A DNA stretch of 64,000 nucleotides from Thermoguttaceae bacterium. Its GTDB lineage: Bacteria; Planctomycetota; Planctomycetia; Pirellulales; Thermoguttaceae. The stretch spans positions 43,862-107,861 of the forward strand of contig CAXXFH010000006.1 in NCBI GenBank assembly GCA_963677085.2. The letters are read 5' to 3'. A program made the translations under genes and the position numbers. Positions 16,908 to 26,625 of this stretch are shown one piece after another. Positions within the stretch are counted from its first letter, which is position 1. Each line of letters opens with the position of its first letter. The notes under the pieces were generated by a model, which worked only from the letters and a program-made list of their open reading frames with translations, made no database searches and was not told the origin of the DNA.

Positions 16908-17681
16908 CTACTCAGCTACCAGCAGTTCCGCAATATGCTTACACTGGATATGCTTCGTGGCCGGGTTACGTCGCATGATGCCATCGACGTGCATCAGGCA
17001 ACTGATGTCCACGGAGGTCACCACGTCGGCCCCGCTCTTGATGATATTCTCGACCTTGGTTTGTCCCATGGCAACCGACGTGCCCGACATCTTCACGCTG
17101 AATGTCCCGCCGAAGCCGCAACATTCTTCGATGTTGGGCAATTCGTGGTACTCTAGATCACGGATATTCTTCAGCAACGAAAGCGGCTGCTCGAACAGGC
17201 CCAACTCGCGACGGCCGTGGCAACCGCTGTGCATGGTCACCTTGTGCGGGAAGCGGGCGCCCGTGTCGGTCACGCCCAGCACGTCGACCAGGAATTCGGT
17301 CAGTTCGAACACCCGGCGGCCGATTTCCACGACCCGGTCGTCGGGATCGACATGGCCGAAGAACACCCGGCACATCGCCGTGCAGGAGCCCGACGGACAG
17401 ACGACCCAGCGATGCTTCTCGAAGGCCTTGCAAAACTGGTGGATCACCCGCTTGGCTTCTTCCCAGTAGCCCGAGTTGAAGGCCGGCTGGCCGCAGCAGG
17501 TTTGCTCCTCGGGATAGACTACCGGAATACCGCGATCGGTCAGCAGTTTGGCCGTGGCTTCGGCGATATGAGGGTAGAACTGATCGATGTAGCAGGGGAT
17601 AAACAGCGCCACGGGCTCGCCCAATTGGTAGGCCGAGCCGTCCGGTTTCGGGGCATGTCCGTTCGAGCTGGATGCGTTCAT
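16908..17681 (-). CDS. lutA: Lactate utilisation protein A ((Fe-S) oxidoreductase, CCG domains)
   Basis: VALFIPCYIDQFYP, CCGQPAFNSGY and ECCGFGGTF are CCG-domain motifs typical of LutA/YkgE. ATG 17681 was preferred as the start; 17720 is possible. Confidence 0.9.
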   Translation of the reverse strand: MNASSSNGHAPKPDGSAYQLGEPVALFIPCYIDQFYPHIAEATAKLLTDRGIPVVYPEEQTCCGQPAFNSGYWEEAKRVIHQFCKAFEKHRWVVCPSGSCTAMCRVFFGHVDPDDRVVEIGRRVFELTEFLVDVLGVTDTGARFPHKVTMHSGCHGRRELGLFEQPLSLLKNIRDLEYHELPNIEECCGFGGTFSVKMSGTSVAMGQTKVENIIKSGADVVTSVDISCLMHVDGIMRRNPATKHIQCKHIAELLVAE

Positions 17682-18068
17682 AGGGCGACAATTACCAGAG
17701 GAAAAAGCACTTAAGACCAATCCATCCGTTATAGCGTCCTCCGCGGAGAATCGCCAGTAGGCCGCCGGCCCCCCACTTGCCGGGCGTCGGTTTGTCGCCG
17801 ATACGTCCGAAAAGCCCGACGTTTTGCGACAACCTTAAGGATTGGACTCGGGAGAAAGTGTGTGCCGCTGGCTATGCCCGTGCCGCAGCACCTTGGTTCC
17901 CACGCTGCAGCGTGGGAACGAGGGGATTTTGCGACAGACGTATCATGCCACTACTTGACACCCGCGCTGCGGGGCATGGTATCATGGGGAGACTCAAGAT
18001 CCCATCATTCTGGGTTCTGGGATTTTCGCTCCCATCGTGCTTCCCGCTTCTTGCCGCCTTGACTCTCC

Positions 18069-19013
18069 GTGCGACATTCCTATCTATTGGCTGCCGTCGT
18101 CTTGCTGGTCTTTGCCGGATGTCTTCTGGCAATGGTCGTGATGTCGTCGTTCGACGATCCTGCCTCTCCGGACGAAACGGCATCGGCCGAGTCGCAGCGG
18201 ATTATCTCGGTGGCTCCCAGCCTGACCGAAGCACTGTTCGCCCTGGGCCTGGGCGATCGGGTGGTGGGCGTGTCGCGCTATTGCAACTACCCGCCCGAGG
18301 CTCAAGACCTGCCGCGAATCGGCGGCTTTCTGGATCCCAACCCCGAGGCCATTCTGGCGCTGAAGCCCGACACGATCGTCCTCTTCCCCGAGCACGATCC
18401 AACCCGGCTCGCAACGGCCGCGCTCGACATTCGCCACATCGTGGTTCCGCACCAAACGCTCGACGACATCCTTGGAGGTTTCACCCTACTAGGCAAGGAA
18501 CTCCACGCCGAGGTCGAGGCACAACGGATCGTCGACGACCTGCACGCCCGCATCCAGCGAGTCGAACAGCAAACGGCCGACAAACGGCGTCCCCGCGTCT
18601 TGCTCTGCGTGAATCGAACCCTCGGCTCCGGCAAGCTTCAGGATGTGATGGTCGCCGCGAGCGACGGCTATTACGACCGCTTGATCGAGTTGGCCGGCGG
18701 CGAAAACGCTTGTCGCCAGGCGGGCGTTGCGTTTCCGGCCGTTTCCAGCGAAGGCATTCTGTGGATGAAACCCGAGGTGATCGTCGACATCGTCCCGCCT
18801 GATACGTTGACGAAGCTCGACGTGGACAAGGTCCGCGCCGACTGGCGCCACGTGGCCGACACGCCGGCGGTCCGCGACGATCGCGTCGTGGTGATCGATG
18901 CCGACTACGCGTCGATTCCCGGCCCAAGGTTTATCCTTCTGCTGGAGAAGCTGGCTGAGGTTCTGCATCCTGAGACGTACACTGTGCCCAACTCCTCGCC
19001 GGGGACCGACTGA
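18069..19013 (+). CDS. ABC transporter periplasmic binding protein, BtuF/FhuD class (cobalamin or Fe3+-siderophore); probable lipoprotein
   Basis: Signal/lipobox-like LLVFAGC. RIISVAPSLTEALFALGLGDRVVGVSRYCNYP is the class III SBP signature. Confidence 0.8.
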   Translation: MRHSYLLAAVVLLVFAGCLLAMVVMSSFDDPASPDETASAESQRIISVAPSLTEALFALGLGDRVVGVSRYCNYPPEAQDLPRIGGFLDPNPEAILALKPDTIVLFPEHDPTRLATAALDIRHIVVPHQTLDDILGGFTLLGKELHAEVEAQRIVDDLHARIQRVEQQTADKRRPRVLLCVNRTLGSGKLQDVMVAASDGYYDRLIELAGGENACRQAGVAFPAVSSEGILWMKPEVIVDIVPPDTLTKLDVDKVRADWRHVADTPAVRDDRVVVIDADYASIPGPRFILLLEKLAEVLHPETYTVPNSSPGTD

Positions 19014-19864
19014 TGCCACAATCACGGGCGGCCCTGTTGAACACGGCGATCGAGATCCGCGACTTTTCCTATCGCCTGAGTAACGAAGAGGAGATTTTGC
19101 GGGAAGTATCGTTCTCGGTCACGGCCGGCGAGTATTTGTCGATCGTGGGACCCAACGGGGCCGGCAAAACCACGCTGCTAAGATGCCTCGACCGGATCCT
19201 CACCGGTGGCACGGGACGGATCGATATCTTCGGGCGGCGGCTCTCCGACTATCGTCAACGAGAGCTTGCCCGGCTGGTCGGCTATGTACCCCAGGCCGAC
19301 GGGCGGTTGTTTCCGTTTACTGTTGAAGAGTTCGTGCTGATGGGGCGTTATCCGCACCTCAGCCCGTTCTCTTCGATCAGCACGGAAGATCGCCGCATCG
19401 CGACCGAAGCCATGCAATGGACCGACACCCAGCAGTTCGCCGACCGCCAGTTGGGCACACTCAGCGGCGGCGAACGCCAACAGGTTTACATCGCGGCCGC
19501 TTTGGCCCAGGGGGCGAAAATTCTCCTGCTGGACGAGCCGACTACGTTCCTCGACTACCGCCACCAAGCCGAGGTTCAGCAGTTGCTCGCCCGGGCGAAC
19601 CGCGAGTCGGGCCTGACGATCGTGGCCGTCACGCACGACGTCAATCAGGCCGTGTTGCATAGCGACCGCGTGGTGGCTCTGTGCCACGGCAGCGTCGTGT
19701 TCCATGGTACGCCCACCGAAATCATGCGGGCGGAAGTGCTCGAACGAATCTATGGTACACCATTTACTTTGGTCAACCATCCGACAGTGAACCTGCCGGT
19801 AATCGTGCCGGTGGTTCAGACAAATCCTCTCCCCTCTCCCCTTGGGGAGAGGGGCCGGGGGTGA
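19013..19864 (+). CDS. ABC transporter ATP-binding protein (FecE/BtuD-type)
   Basis: Walker A GPNGAGKTT, signature LSGGERQ, Walker B ILLLDEP. The start overlaps the upstream stop (TGATG). The last ~15 codons run into a hairpin repeat (19826-19870). Confidence 0.9.
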   Translation: MPQSRAALLNTAIEIRDFSYRLSNEEEILREVSFSVTAGEYLSIVGPNGAGKTTLLRCLDRILTGGTGRIDIFGRRLSDYRQRELARLVGYVPQADGRLFPFTVEEFVLMGRYPHLSPFSSISTEDRRIATEAMQWTDTQQFADRQLGTLSGGERQQVYIAAALAQGAKILLLDEPTTFLDYRHQAEVQQLLARANRESGLTIVAVTHDVNQAVLHSDRVVALCHGSVVFHGTPTEIMRAEVLERIYGTPFTLVNHPTVNLPVIVPVVQTNPLPSPLGERGRG

Positions 19865-19992
19865 GGGGGTTTTTGTATCAACGGGTTCCCAAACTCCAGC
19901 TTGGGAACGAGTAACGCGAGTGAAGACGCTCCGCGACCATTGGTCGCGGCTTTGCAGGATTTGAAAACATCGCTTAACGAAATATTCGCCCT

Positions 19993-20979
19993 ATGAATCG
20001 CGTGTGGATCTTGTTGTCGCTGATGCTCTTCGCCCTGGTGGTAGTGCTGGCTGCGCCGTTGTGGGGGATGCAGTCGATCTCCATCAGCACGCTTTGGGCC
20101 AACGACAACGCTACGGCCTCGCACATCTTCTGGTCGCTGCGGATTCCGCGCGTGTTGGTGGCCTTCCTGGCCGGGGCATCGCTAGCCGTTAGCGGAATGG
20201 CCTTTCAGGCACTGTTTCGCAACGCCCTGGCTACGCCGTTTACGCTGGGTGTGGCCAGCGGGGCGTCGCTGGGGGCGGCCGTGGCGATCCGCCTGGGGCT
20301 GGCGTTCACCGTCTGGCACTTCGCCACCACGCCGCTGTTCGCGTTTGCCGGGGCACTGCTGTCGATCTTGCTGGTCTACGGGCTGACCCAAACCCGGCGG
20401 GGGTTCTCCACGGCCACCATGTTGCTGGCCGGTGTGGCGATCAGTTTCTTCTTCTCCAGCTTGATCCTCTTCATCCAGTATCTCAGCGACTTCACGCAAA
20501 CGTTTCTGATGATTCGCTGGGTGATGGGCGGGCTGCAAGGAGGCATCAACTACTACGACGTGCTCACCGTGTTGCCCTTCGCCACGGCCGGATGCCTGGT
20601 CGTCGTCTACCACACGCGCGAACTGAATCTGCTATGCACGGGCGAGGAACTCGCAACCAGCCGCGGTGTCGACGTGAATCGCACGAAGCAGGCGTTGTTC
20701 TTCGCGGCGTCGCTGATGGTCGGTGCCGTGGTGGCCGTTTGCGGACCGATCGGCTTCGTGGGCCTGATGGCCCCGCACATCTGCCGCCTGTTGATCGGGC
20801 CCGACCACCGTTGGCTGATGCCGGCCACGCTACTGTTCGGCGGCAGCTTCTTGGTTCTCTGCGACACATTCGCCCGAACGGTAATGCCCCCCACCGAATT
20901 GCCGGTCGGTATCATCACAGCTCTGCTAGGCGGTCCGTTCTTTCTCTGGCTGCTGCTGACACGGCTCGGCGAAGAGTAG
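19993..20979 (+). CDS. ABC transporter permease (FecCD/BtuC family)
   Basis: Multi-TM protein with FecCD hallmarks (RIPRVLVAFLAGASLAVSGMAFQALFRNALATPFTLGVASGASLG; LPVGIITALLGGPFFLWLL). Confidence 0.9.
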   Translation: MNRVWILLSLMLFALVVVLAAPLWGMQSISISTLWANDNATASHIFWSLRIPRVLVAFLAGASLAVSGMAFQALFRNALATPFTLGVASGASLGAAVAIRLGLAFTVWHFATTPLFAFAGALLSILLVYGLTQTRRGFSTATMLLAGVAISFFFSSLILFIQYLSDFTQTFLMIRWVMGGLQGGINYYDVLTVLPFATAGCLVVVYHTRELNLLCTGEELATSRGVDVNRTKQALFFAASLMVGAVVAVCGPIGFVGLMAPHICRLLIGPDHRWLMPATLLFGGSFLVLCDTFARTVMPPTELPVGIITALLGGPFFLWLLLTRLGEE

Positions 20980-21114
20980 TCGTGTAAAGCCGCGACCAGT
21001 GGTCCCGGTCCGTGGACTACCTCAAAACGTCGGCCCCGCCAGTTTGCCCCACCCAAAATCGTGAGCTAGGCTTGGGGGTAGTAATTCGTTTTTTGAAGGA
21101 AAGGGGCTGCGGCC

Positions 21115-21411
21115 ATGAAGAATCTTCTGTTGATTGCTGTTGTGATGGCGGTGGTATTGAGTTGCGGTACGGCGATGGCCGGCTGGGCTCACGTGGCACC
21201 GCTGAGCGTCTATTCCTACTGGCCGGTTGGCCCGGTCTACGCGTATCCGGCTCCGATCGTACCCGCCCCGGCGGTAGTCGATGTTTATCCGGTCGCCCCT
21301 CCCGTGATGGTGGCACCGTCTCGGGTGTTCGTCCCGTCGACGATGACCGTACGCACCCGGGTATCGCCGTACGGACGTCGCGTACGTCAGACGGTGCGTT
21401 ACTGGCCGTAA
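21115..21411 (+). CDS. Small secreted Pro/Val-rich hypothetical protein
   Basis: Signal peptide MKNLLLIAVVMAVVLSCGTAMA. A purine-rich stretch lies upstream, and an intrinsic terminator follows. Confidence 0.5.
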   Translation: MKNLLLIAVVMAVVLSCGTAMAGWAHVAPLSVYSYWPVGPVYAYPAPIVPAPAVVDVYPVAPPVMVAPSRVFVPSTMTVRTRVSPYGRRVRQTVRYWP

Positions 21412-21467
21412 GGCGAAATCAACGATTCTCGGCAGTCGCGTACTGCCGCATCCGAAAAACACACAAA

Positions 21468-21499
21468 GCCCTTCGACGTGGTCGAGGGGCCTTTTTTTT
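21468..21499 (+). terminator. Rho-independent terminator
   Basis: gcccttcgac / gtcgaggggc stem (one G-U pair) followed by cTTTTTTTT. Confidence 0.6.
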
Positions 21500-21621
21500 G
21501 GGCGATTCTCCGCGGCCGTGCCATCGATGATCACGGCCGTGTTTGGCCATCGACGAGCAAAAATCCCCTGATCCCAGCCCCTGTGACCTCTGGTTAATCT
21601 ACGAATCAATGACCTGTCCCT

Positions 21622-23286
21622 CTAGTTCCGCGACCCACCGGGGCGCGAGGGGCTGAGAAGCGAATTTCCAGCGGTCGGTGCCGGAAGCACAGATACCAAG
21701 ATCGCCGTGTCAGGAGCCTTGCCGGAGTAGAAAGAGAGGTAGTGTGTGCCCTTGATCGCGGTGGCGTTCACGTTGCCCGAATCGATCCCGATCTTACTAC
21801 CTATGGCAACCGCCTCGGAAACGGGCCAGTTGAGCGCATTGTCGAACACGCTGTCTGGATCAACGACACGACGCCGAAGGATACCCCTACCACGCTGATA
21901 GTAATAGTTGCTCAGCAGACCGGTTTCGGCGTCGAAGATCAGGCTCGGCGTGGAGGAAGAGACTTCGCCGATGTTTGTTTGCGAGCGTGTCCACGTCGTA
22001 CCGTAGTCAGTTGATACCATCTGGAATTGAGTTCGCGTCGAGGACGTACCGCCCCCCTCTGTCCGTCCGATTGCGAGAATCCTGCCATTGCCGAGATAGA
22101 CGGCGGAGGGCTCAGTCGGCCACTGATCTTTGATCAGTCCGGACTCGATGGTGGTCTGTGTCCAGGTTGCGCCATTGTCACTGCTGGTTATTTTTCCCCA
22201 CGCGTTACTCTTATCATCACGGTAGTTCCCTGCGAACCACAGTGCCATGAGCCCGACCGTGGGGACCTCGAAGACATCGGTGATCTGCATGGGTCTCACG
22301 GCGAGCTTCGGCGTCGCCACGAGCTCGAACTTTACACCATCCGTGGTGCGGTAGAGGTCGTGGTTCCAATCCTTTCCGATTCGACGCACCCAGACTAACA
22401 TGGCCCCCTTGGAATCCAGCCCCTTCCCTACTACGACCTCGCCATAGTGCGGCGTGTTGGCAAAAACCGCTTCCTCGGTCCACGTTTTTCCGTTGTCCGT
22501 GGATGTGCGGGCGTAACAAGCGCGGAAGTCTTCACCGATCGAGTGCGCCGTGCCTCGGCTATACACGCAGACCAGCTTATCTCCGATGGCCTGAATCATC
22601 GGCCACGAGTTGTAACCGCTCACATCCTGCACGACATGTGCCTTCGCAGGAGCTTTCAGGGGCGTCACTTTGACCATTGCCAGGCCAGTGGGGTGGTTGA
22701 ACGTGTCGGCAGGGTCGTCAGGCTCCCGCTGAACACGCACGCACAGCGGTGCGTTCGGATCCACTTCGTAGTAGGACTCCAGGACAATGGTCCGGGTGTA
22801 GAACGGTGCGGCGGGAAGCGATGTTCTCACTGGATTGCCCAAAATACTCCGGGACGTGAAGGCAGCATCCTCCACCATCTGCGATAGGTGGACCCTGTAT
22901 ACATCCTCATAGCTGGAGTTCGTCGCTGCATCCGTCGTAGTCACGACGATTTCAACCTTCACGGCGTCGCAGTCGCTGGGGAGGCCGGGCACGAGTCCGG
23001 CGACCGACTGCCCAACGGTGCCACCCGAGAGTGACCAAACCGGGATGTGCGTGGCGCCGCTCGACATGAGCACGAGCGAAGGTTGGCCCGTGGCGACCGA
23101 CATGTTGTTTGCGCTCAGGTAGATCGGGGACTCCGCCGAGCTGCTGGAAGTTCGCTCTTCAACCCCTTGCACACCATCCTCGGCAACCGCCTGGTTCTTT
23201 TCCCCGGGTGGATCGACAGGATTGCCCGCCCCGAAGCTGGTCGCGGTAGAGGCAAGCAGCGCAATGCATAGGAGGGTTATTCGCAT
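21622..23286 (-). CDS. Secreted BNR-repeat (sialidase/neuraminidase-fold) protein
   Basis: Signal peptide MRITLLCIALLASTATSFG. BNR motifs STDNGKTW, SSDNGATW and STDYGTTW. The start was moved to ATG 23286. Confidence 0.8.
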   Translation of the reverse strand: MRITLLCIALLASTATSFGAGNPVDPPGEKNQAVAEDGVQGVEERTSSSSAESPIYLSANNMSVATGQPSLVLMSSGATHIPVWSLSGGTVGQSVAGLVPGLPSDCDAVKVEIVVTTTDAATNSSYEDVYRVHLSQMVEDAAFTSRSILGNPVRTSLPAAPFYTRTIVLESYYEVDPNAPLCVRVQREPDDPADTFNHPTGLAMVKVTPLKAPAKAHVVQDVSGYNSWPMIQAIGDKLVCVYSRGTAHSIGEDFRACYARTSTDNGKTWTEEAVFANTPHYGEVVVGKGLDSKGAMLVWVRRIGKDWNHDLYRTTDGVKFELVATPKLAVRPMQITDVFEVPTVGLMALWFAGNYRDDKSNAWGKITSSDNGATWTQTTIESGLIKDQWPTEPSAVYLGNGRILAIGRTEGGGTSSTRTQFQMVSTDYGTTWTRSQTNIGEVSSSTPSLIFDAETGLLSNYYYQRGRGILRRRVVDPDSVFDNALNWPVSEAVAIGSKIGIDSGNVNATAIKGTHYLSFYSGKAPDTAILVSVLPAPTAGNSLLSPSRPGGSRN

Positions 23287-23606
23287 GACGATCCGACCGA
23301 AAACGAAAAAGGAACCGAGCAAAACGGCCTTGATGAGTTTCAGCTCTACCGGCTGGATGAAAGACATAGTTCGGCTCTCGATGCTGGGTTGGTTGGTTCT
23401 CGTGTTCGTTGCTGGCGCGGTGGCTCCGGTAGGGAGTCTCTACTCCCAGGCTGTCCTGCTGGACCCGATTTTACCCCAGCCAACGGCTGGAAAGCAACAG
23501 GCCACGGTGAGGCTTCCTGGTTCCCAAGCTCCGGCTTGGGAACCAGGAATTTGGAAACCAAGGGGCTGGAAACCGGCGGTCTGGAAACCGGGACCTAACC
23601 TGGATT

Positions 23607-23765
23607 TCTCACAACCAGATCAACCACGGAGACACGGAGAAGCGAAGATTTGCCGCGGAGTGATATCCGTCTGACTGCTGATGGACTGTCGGACAACCGT
23701 TGTCATAAGTTGTTCCGTGCAAACGACTCCGTGTCCTCCGTCGTCCTCCGTCCTCCGTGGTGAGA
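23607..23765. repeat. Long hairpin repeat (family H; CCACGGAG(G)ACACGGAG arms)
   Basis: tctcac...caaccacggagacacggag is complementary to ctccgtgtcctccgtcgtcctccgtcctccgtggtgaga. Confidence 0.5.
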
Positions 23766-23858
23766 AATGCGGGCTAACACCGAAACTTGACACGCCGAAT
23801 GCCAGTACAGTATAGTACAGCACAGCTACCAGCCCGCGACCACGATATCCCCCCCGCC

Positions 23859-24902
23859 ATGGCCAAAAAACGCAAAACGCCGCCCGACCCGTTGCACGCC
23901 GTGCTGAAGATCCGTCCCGGCGATCGGGCACCCAAGTACCGCCAGATCGTCGATCAGGTAATCCACGCCGTCCAGCAGGGCAAGCTCGGCAAGGGGAGTC
24001 ACCTGCCGTCGATCAACGAGGTCTGCGCCCAATACGCGTTGGCCCGCGAGACGGTGGTGAAGGCCTACAAAACGCTCAAAGAAAAAGGCCTCGTCGACTC
24101 CCAACCCGGCAAAGGCTTCTACGTCGCGACCGACCACTACACGCAAAAGACCAACGTCTTCGTGCTGTTCGACGTGCTGGCGACCCCTTACAAGGAACGG
24201 CTCTACCAGGGAATTCGCGATGAGCTGAAGGGCAAGGCCTCGCTCGACGTCTACTTCCATCACCACAACCCCAATGTCTTCCGCAAGCTGCTGGACGACG
24301 CCCGAGGGCGTTATGAATACTACGTTGTGATGCCGTTTCCCGACGACTCCGTTCGCGACGTCCTGGCCGCCTTCGATCAAGAGAAGCTGCTGTTGTTGGA
24401 TATCGACATCGACTTTCCCGGCAAACAGTGCGCCGTCATCCGCCAGAACCACGACGAGCAACTCGAACAGGCGCTCGACTCGGGCGTAAAACAAATCAAG
24501 CGTTACCAGTCGTTTTGCCTGGTTTTTCCCCGCGACAAGAACCACCCCACGGTCATCAAAACGGCCTTCCGTCGCTTCTGCCGGCGCCATCAGATCGAGC
24601 ATCGCGTCATGTCGTCGCTCAGCAACGACGATATCCACCCGAGCAACGCTTACCTGGTGATCGAAGACGACGACCTAGTCACGCTTGTGAAACACGCTAA
24701 GGCACATCATCTACGCGTGGGTCGCGATCTGGGGTTTATCTCGTACAACGACACGCCCTTGAAAGAGATCGTCGAAGGAGGCGTTTCGGTCATCTCGATC
24801 GACTTCTACGCCATAGGCCGCCGCACGGCCGAACAGATCGTACGGCGCGAAACAATCGACGTACTGCAACCGACGGAGTTGATCCTGCGCGAATCGCTGT
24901 GA
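23859..24902 (+). CDS. GntR-family transcriptional regulator with periplasmic-binding-protein-like sugar-sensing domain
   Basis: wHTH KYRQIVDQVIHAVQQGKLGKGSHLPSINEVCAQYALARETVVKAYKTLKEKGLVDSQPGKGFYV, then a LacI/PBP1-like C-terminal domain. The start was moved to ATG 23859. Confidence 0.85.
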   Translation: MAKKRKTPPDPLHAVLKIRPGDRAPKYRQIVDQVIHAVQQGKLGKGSHLPSINEVCAQYALARETVVKAYKTLKEKGLVDSQPGKGFYVATDHYTQKTNVFVLFDVLATPYKERLYQGIRDELKGKASLDVYFHHHNPNVFRKLLDDARGRYEYYVVMPFPDDSVRDVLAAFDQEKLLLLDIDIDFPGKQCAVIRQNHDEQLEQALDSGVKQIKRYQSFCLVFPRDKNHPTVIKTAFRRFCRRHQIEHRVMSSLSNDDIHPSNAYLVIEDDDLVTLVKHAKAHHLRVGRDLGFISYNDTPLKEIVEGGVSVISIDFYAIGRRTAEQIVRRETIDVLQPTELILRESL

Positions 24903-25010
24903 AGCGACGTCGACATCACCGGTTCTCAAGCCGAAGCTTGGGGATCCATCCAAAGTAAGGGACGGCCGAAAAACAATTTTCGTAACACTTCAGCCAGCTA
25001 AAGTAAGTGT

Positions 25011-25260
25011 GTAATAAGGGAAAAGGGGAATATGGAAAAAGGGAAAAGAAGCTACCCAAAGTTTTTTCCCCTTTTCTCGCTTTCCCCGTTTTCCTTCTTA
25101 CACCAAGAAGTTAGGGAATATTCAGATTCACGTTCTTCTACTTCAGATGGCTAAATCGTCGTCAACTTTCCGTTTTTTCAAGGCGAAACGCGAAGGCCAT
25201 CGCGAAGCACGGCCCGGTGAATCAGCAAGTTACCTTTCGGTCGATCCTTAAAGGAAACCA
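25011..25260 (+). repeat. Dispersed repeat family F (copy B)
   Basis: Co-linear with 8445-8600. The 3' part (cgcgaagcacggcccggtga...tcggtcgatcc) matches 42064-42155. Confidence 0.6.
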
Positions 25261-25280
25261 CCAAACTCGATAGGCGTCCG

Positions 25281-26537
25281 ATGACTCCCCGCGAACGACT
25301 TCTGACGACTCTCAATCATCAAACGCCCGATCGGGTGTGCGTCGATTTCGGGGCCACGGCCGTGACCGGCATCTCGGTGGTTACTGTGGCCAAACTCCGC
25401 AAGGCCTTGTTCCACGACGACTCGCCAGTGAAAGTCATCGAGCCGTACCAGATGCTCGGCGAGGTGGACGAACCGCTGCAGGACGCCCTGGGCGTAGACG
25501 TATTGGGAGTTGTCGGGCCGAAAACGTTGTTCGGTTTCGAGAATCGCGATTTCAAGCCGTTCACCCTCTTCGACGGCACCGAGGTTCTCGTCCCCGCCAA
25601 TTTCCAGGTCACGCGCGACGACCGGGGCGGATGGTTGATCTATCCCGAGGGCGACACGACGGTTGCCCCCAGCGGCCGGATGCCCAAAGACGGGTTTTAC
25701 TTCGACGCCATCCGCCGGCAAGGGCCGATCGACGACGACAAACTCGACCCGGCCGACAACCTCGAAGAGTTCGGCCCCTTAAGCGATGCCGACGTGGCTC
25801 ACTACGCCGCGCAGGCCCAGGCGGCGGCCGGCCGCGGTAAGGGCGCAATTCTCAGCGTGCCCGGCACGGCCTTCGGCGACATCGCCCTAGTGCCGGCTAT
25901 GTGGAAGAAAAACGCCAAGGGCATTCGCGACGTCGAGGAGTGGTACGTCTCGACCGTCGCCCGCCGCGACTACGTTTACCAAGTCTTCCAGCGACAATGC
26001 GAGATTGCCCTGGGGAACCTCGAAAAGCTGGCCAACGCTCTCGGCGACAACGTGCAAGCGGCCTTTATCACGGGCACCGACTTCGGCACCCAGAACGGGC
26101 TATTCATCTCGCGCAACACCTATCGCGACCTTTACCAGCCGTTCCATAAGGCCGTGAACGACTACATCCACCGCCACACCTCGTGGAAAACGTTCATTCA
26201 TTCCTGCGGGGCCGTGATGGAGATGATCCCCGACTTCATCGATTCCGGCTTCGACATCCTCAATCCGGTGCAGTGCTCGGCCGCTGGGATGGATCCCGAG
26301 AAGCTGAAACGAGAATTCGGCGACGACGTGGTCTTCTGGGGTGGCGGCGTCGACACGCAGAAGACGTTGCCCTTCGGCACGCCGGACGACGTCTACCAGG
26401 AAGTGCGTCGGCGGATTGAGATTTTCAATCAAAGCGGCGGCTTTGTATTCAACACGATCCACAATGTCCAAGCGAACACGCCCGTGGAGAACTTTCTAGC
26501 CTTGATCGACGCGGTGAAGGAAGGTTCTCTAGCGTGA
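25281..26537 (+). CDS. Uroporphyrinogen decarboxylase (URO-D)/MtaA-like family protein
   Basis: MTPRERLLTTLNHQTPDRVCVDF N-terminus and overall TIM-barrel URO-D-like pattern (..HSCGAV..., ILNPVQ). Its sugar-locus context argues against a haem role. Confidence 0.7.
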   Translation: MTPRERLLTTLNHQTPDRVCVDFGATAVTGISVVTVAKLRKALFHDDSPVKVIEPYQMLGEVDEPLQDALGVDVLGVVGPKTLFGFENRDFKPFTLFDGTEVLVPANFQVTRDDRGGWLIYPEGDTTVAPSGRMPKDGFYFDAIRRQGPIDDDKLDPADNLEEFGPLSDADVAHYAAQAQAAAGRGKGAILSVPGTAFGDIALVPAMWKKNAKGIRDVEEWYVSTVARRDYVYQVFQRQCEIALGNLEKLANALGDNVQAAFITGTDFGTQNGLFISRNTYRDLYQPFHKAVNDYIHRHTSWKTFIHSCGAVMEMIPDFIDSGFDILNPVQCSAAGMDPEKLKREFGDDVVFWGGGVDTQKTLPFGTPDDVYQEVRRRIEIFNQSGGFVFNTIHNVQANTPVENFLALIDAVKEGSLA

Positions 26538-26625
26538 GGCAACGGCAGGCAGATCTCGCCCGCCAAACGGTAAACCAAGAACTACCTGACTCTCACCCCA
26601 ACAACCCTCTATCCCCTCCGCCTCC

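Noticed and set aside
17720-18068. Possible cobalamin riboswitch upstream of the BtuF-like ABC importer.
   Set aside because: I could not find the B12-box or the conserved GGGAA...GGTGAAAATCC...GCCACTG core by eye. The region instead contains a family-A repeat hairpin. An Infernal scan would be needed to be sure.
23545-23600. Short tandem reiteration of CTGGAAACC (ggaatttggaaaccaaggggctggaaaccggcggtctggaaaccggg).
   Set aside because: There are only about three or four imperfect units, adjacent to a family-B hairpin and in a spacer already full of repeats. It is too short and irregular to call a functional tandem array.
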